Origin: Mobula hypostoma
Lineage: Eukaryota
Length of the DNA: 64,000 nt
NCBI RefSeq assembly: GCF_963921235.1
Contig: NC_086108.1
Span: 114,640,001 to 114,704,000, forward strand
Direction: 5' to 3'
Shown here in pieces: positions 61,112 through 64,000 of this stretch. The position numbers were made by a program, and so were the translations under genes. The notes beneath the pieces were generated by a model. It was given only the letters and a program-made list of their open reading frames with translations. It did not search any database and was not told where the DNA came from. Numbering within the stretch: position 1 is the first letter of the stretch; every line of letters begins with the position of its first letter.

Positions 61112-62190
61112 CAGAATCTGGTTTATTATCATTAGCATATGCCATGCAATTTATTGTTTTGCGGCAACAGTACAATGCAATACATAATAATTACTATAAA
61201 TTACAACAATAATATAAAAAATAGTGCAAAAGTGATAAAGTTTAAGGGATTGGGGGATTCTCAGATTCCTGTAAACAATGGATTCAGTACTATGTCTGTG
61301 ACTTCAGTGTGTTTGAATAATGTCTCACAGCTGCTTTCTTTGGAGCAAGATAAGTGTTAAAGTTCGCCCAGATCCACACATGATGTCTCTGGGCTTTTCA
61401 CACTTTTTGATTTTGACAAAAAGCAGTACCTGATGGAAATTAGAACATTCCTTTCTTAATTAAAGCACAAATTTGACGGATGTTCTTATCTTTGTAATTA
61501 AGTTGTGGCTCCAGCAAACCAGGTAAGACATTCTTTTCTATAATTAAGGTGGCTGGAGTGTCTAACAAATTGATTGTACTTTTGTATCAATAGTCCATTG
61601 ACTTGACCGGAATGATTATCAAACTGATTGTTCTTTTGTATTGGTGACCTTATAACTTCTGACAATTCTGACATTGGGCAGTGAACTTGTAGAACCGCCG
61701 GGGAGATAAGAACGGGTCTCTCCCTGATGTCGGGTCCAAGTTCACTTACTGGCTAAGCTTGAAGAAATAAAGGGGTGAAAAGATAAGTAACGATCATTTT
61801 GTGCTGTCGTTATTTGATCCAGCAAAGTTACGTTTACAAAGGAGAGCAAAATTGTGAAATAGTGCATGAGTTCATAGACTTCAGAAATCTGATGGCAGAG
61901 GGGAAGAAGCTGTTTCCAAAACATTGAATGTGGGGCTTCAGGTGCCTGTGCCTCCACCCTGATGACTGTAACGAGAAGAGGGTATGTCCTGGATAGTGAA
62001 GGTCCGTAATGGATGCCGCTGCCTTCAGGCATTGCCTTTTGAGGATGTCCTCAATGTTGGAGAGGCTAGCACCCAGGTGGCTGAGGTGGTTGAGCTTATA
62101 ACCTTCTGCAGTTTTTTCCGATCCTGTGCTTTGGAGCCTCCACACTGGACGGTGATGGAACCGTCTGAATGCTCTCCACTGTACATCTGT
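61112..62190 (-). mobile_element. Rex1/Babar-like LINE 3' fragment downstream of the FPGT stop, interrupted by a solo LTR
   Basis: ORF 61834..62145 has NSFFPSAIRFL. The AT-rich 3' UTR lies at 61112-61232. Confidence 0.72.
61233..61838 (+). mobile_element. Putative solo LTR (about 606 bp)
   Basis: TG...CA ends (TGATAAAG / GTTTACA) and an imperfect 4-bp TSD AAAG/AAGG. It splits host ATAGTGCAAAAG|..GAGAGCAAAA. AATAAA at 61766. Confidence 0.55.
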
Positions 62191-62889
62191 TGATCTATGT
62201 ACACAGTATCAGGAGAAAATTACTCCTATCATAAGTCCAAACAACTGAATGTTCTGGCCTTTTCTAAGTTCCTGTATTTGTCTCTGTAAATGTTGGATAT
62301 TTGCCCTTTTTCTCCCAAGCTTCCTCCATGGATTGGTCAATACCTTCAAACCACTAACCCGGCTGTTTCAATGAAGATGAGGTCTGACTTCTAAAGGCTC
62401 CATCCTCCAAGGAACCTGTGGTTCGATGTATGGTGTCCATTCCTACTGGCTGCCCTTATTCATCAGTCAGCGATCAAACAGAGTGGGCTGTCCTTCTGTA
62501 GAAAGGGGGAGTGTTGACTAGATGGAGTAAAAACATAAAATGCTGGAAACATTCAATGGGTCAACCAACATTTGTGGAGAGAACACAAAAGGAGCAAGAA
62601 TAGGCTACCAGTCCCTCAAGCCTTCCTTGCCATTCGAAATGATCGTGGCTGATCTACAGAGGCCTCAACTCCTCCTCTGTTCCCCACCACCTTCAATTCT
62701 ATGATCTATGTGCAACTTAAATGTATTTAATAATACAGCCATGGGGACAGAGAATTCCAGAGATTCACTACTCTACCCCACACCTCAGGTTAAAATGACT
62801 GGCTGTTTATTGTGTACCCCGTTCCCTTGTTTGTGACTCTTTCGTTGGTAGAATCATCTCAGTGTTGATCCTGTCAAGCACCCCCTTAG

Positions 62890-64000
62890 GATTTTGTGTT
62901 TGAGTCAAGTCACATTTTGTTCTTCACATCCCCAAAGAATACCAACCCAGTCTCTAACCTCTTCTGACAACTGTCCCATCCCAGGAATTAGCCTGGTGAA
63001 TCTCCTTTGAACTGCCTCCATCATTTTTTTTCTCTCATGAACCTTCTCTGCCTCCTCTCCAATGCCAGCATATCTTAGATTAGGAACCCAAAACTGGTCA
63101 CAATACTCCAAGTATGATCTGATCAATGCCTTATAAAACCTAAGCACTATATTGTTGCTTTTGTATTCAGTCCTCTTGAAATGAATGCTAACATTGCATT
63201 TGCCTTCCTTACCGCCAGCTTGACCTTCAAATTAACCTGTGGGGAATCTTGCATGAGGACTCCCAGGTTCTCCTGCACCTCTGGAGTTTTGAATTTTCAA
63301 AATACTATAAAATAGTCCACACCTTTATTCCTTGTGCCAAAGTGCATGGCCATGCATTTCTCTACATTATATTCCATCTGCCACTTCTTTGCTCATTACC
63401 TCAATCTATGTCCTTCTGCAGACACCATGCCTCCTTAACACTGCCTGCCCCTCCCCCATCTTCGTATTGTCCGCAAACTGAGCTCCAAATCATCAAATCC
63501 TTCCTCCAAGTCATTGACAAACAAGGTAAAAAAAAAGTCCCAACACTGACCCATGCGGTACACCATTAGTCACTGAGAGCCACTTAGAAGATGCCCCCTT
63601 TATTCCTACTTTTTGTCTCCTAAAGATCATCCAATCTTCTACCCATGTTGGTACCTTTCTTGTAATACCATGGGCTCTTGTTACACAGCCTCGTGCAGCA
63701 CTATGTCAAAGACCTTCTGAAAATTCAAATAAACATCCACTAACTCCTTTGTCTATCCTGCTTGTTATTTCCTCAAAGAATTCCAACAGATTTATCAGGC
63801 AAGATTCCCCCTTTAGAAAACCATACTGACTTTGGCCTGTTTTATCCTGTGCCTCCAAGTATCCCAAACTTCATCTTTCATAATGTTTCCAACCACTGAA
63901 GTTAGGCTGACTGGCCTATAATTTCCTTTCTTCTGCTTTTCTCCCTTCTGGAAGAGCGGAGTGACATTTGTAATTTTCTAGTCCTGAGGAACCATTCCAG
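62890..64000 (-). mobile_element. Decayed CR1 LINE running off the right edge
   Basis: MLRFYKALIRSYLEYCDQFW and upstream RT-coding DNA. Confidence 0.82.

Noticed and set aside
60953..64000. TNNI3K first exon (expected downstream by human synteny)
   Set aside because: No MGNYKSRP-like coding sequence was found, so it is probably beyond the window.

Overview
Vertebrate genomic DNA, very rich in CR1, Rex1/Babar, Penelope and RTE retroelements. The repeat content suggests a cartilaginous fish, probably a ray, but this is inference. Two genes lie head-to-head across a CpG-rich promoter at about 48.8-49.3 kb. FPGT (fucose-1-phosphate guanylyltransferase, + strand) has four coding exons: 49134-49236, 54722-54889, 56524-56616 and 59535-60952, which give 593 aa. 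LRRIQ3 (- strand) has coding exons at 24075-23797, 18891-18571 and 14170-14034, probably also 8638-8536 and 6809-6726, and continues off the left edge. The LRRIQ3-FPGT arrangement is the same as in human. Most of the rest is nested transposon debris: CR1 LINEs (one young family has a 674-codon open frame), Rex1-like LINEs, a deleted Gypsy element with two LTRs, two Tc1 relics, hAT MITEs, SINEs and a solo LTR. The most interesting signals are RNA-level. One is a degenerate twister-ribozyme fold at the exact 5' end of a short non-autonomous RTE-type element (41418-41467). Another is a set of at least six minimal type I hammerhead motifs in Penelope-derived repeats, decayed mostly at CpG sites. 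Others are an RFX/NRF1/CRE cluster in the shared promoter, a minisatellite expanded from a LINE RT motif, and a solo LTR that may supply the FPGT poly(A) site. All calls were made by eye, with no database search.
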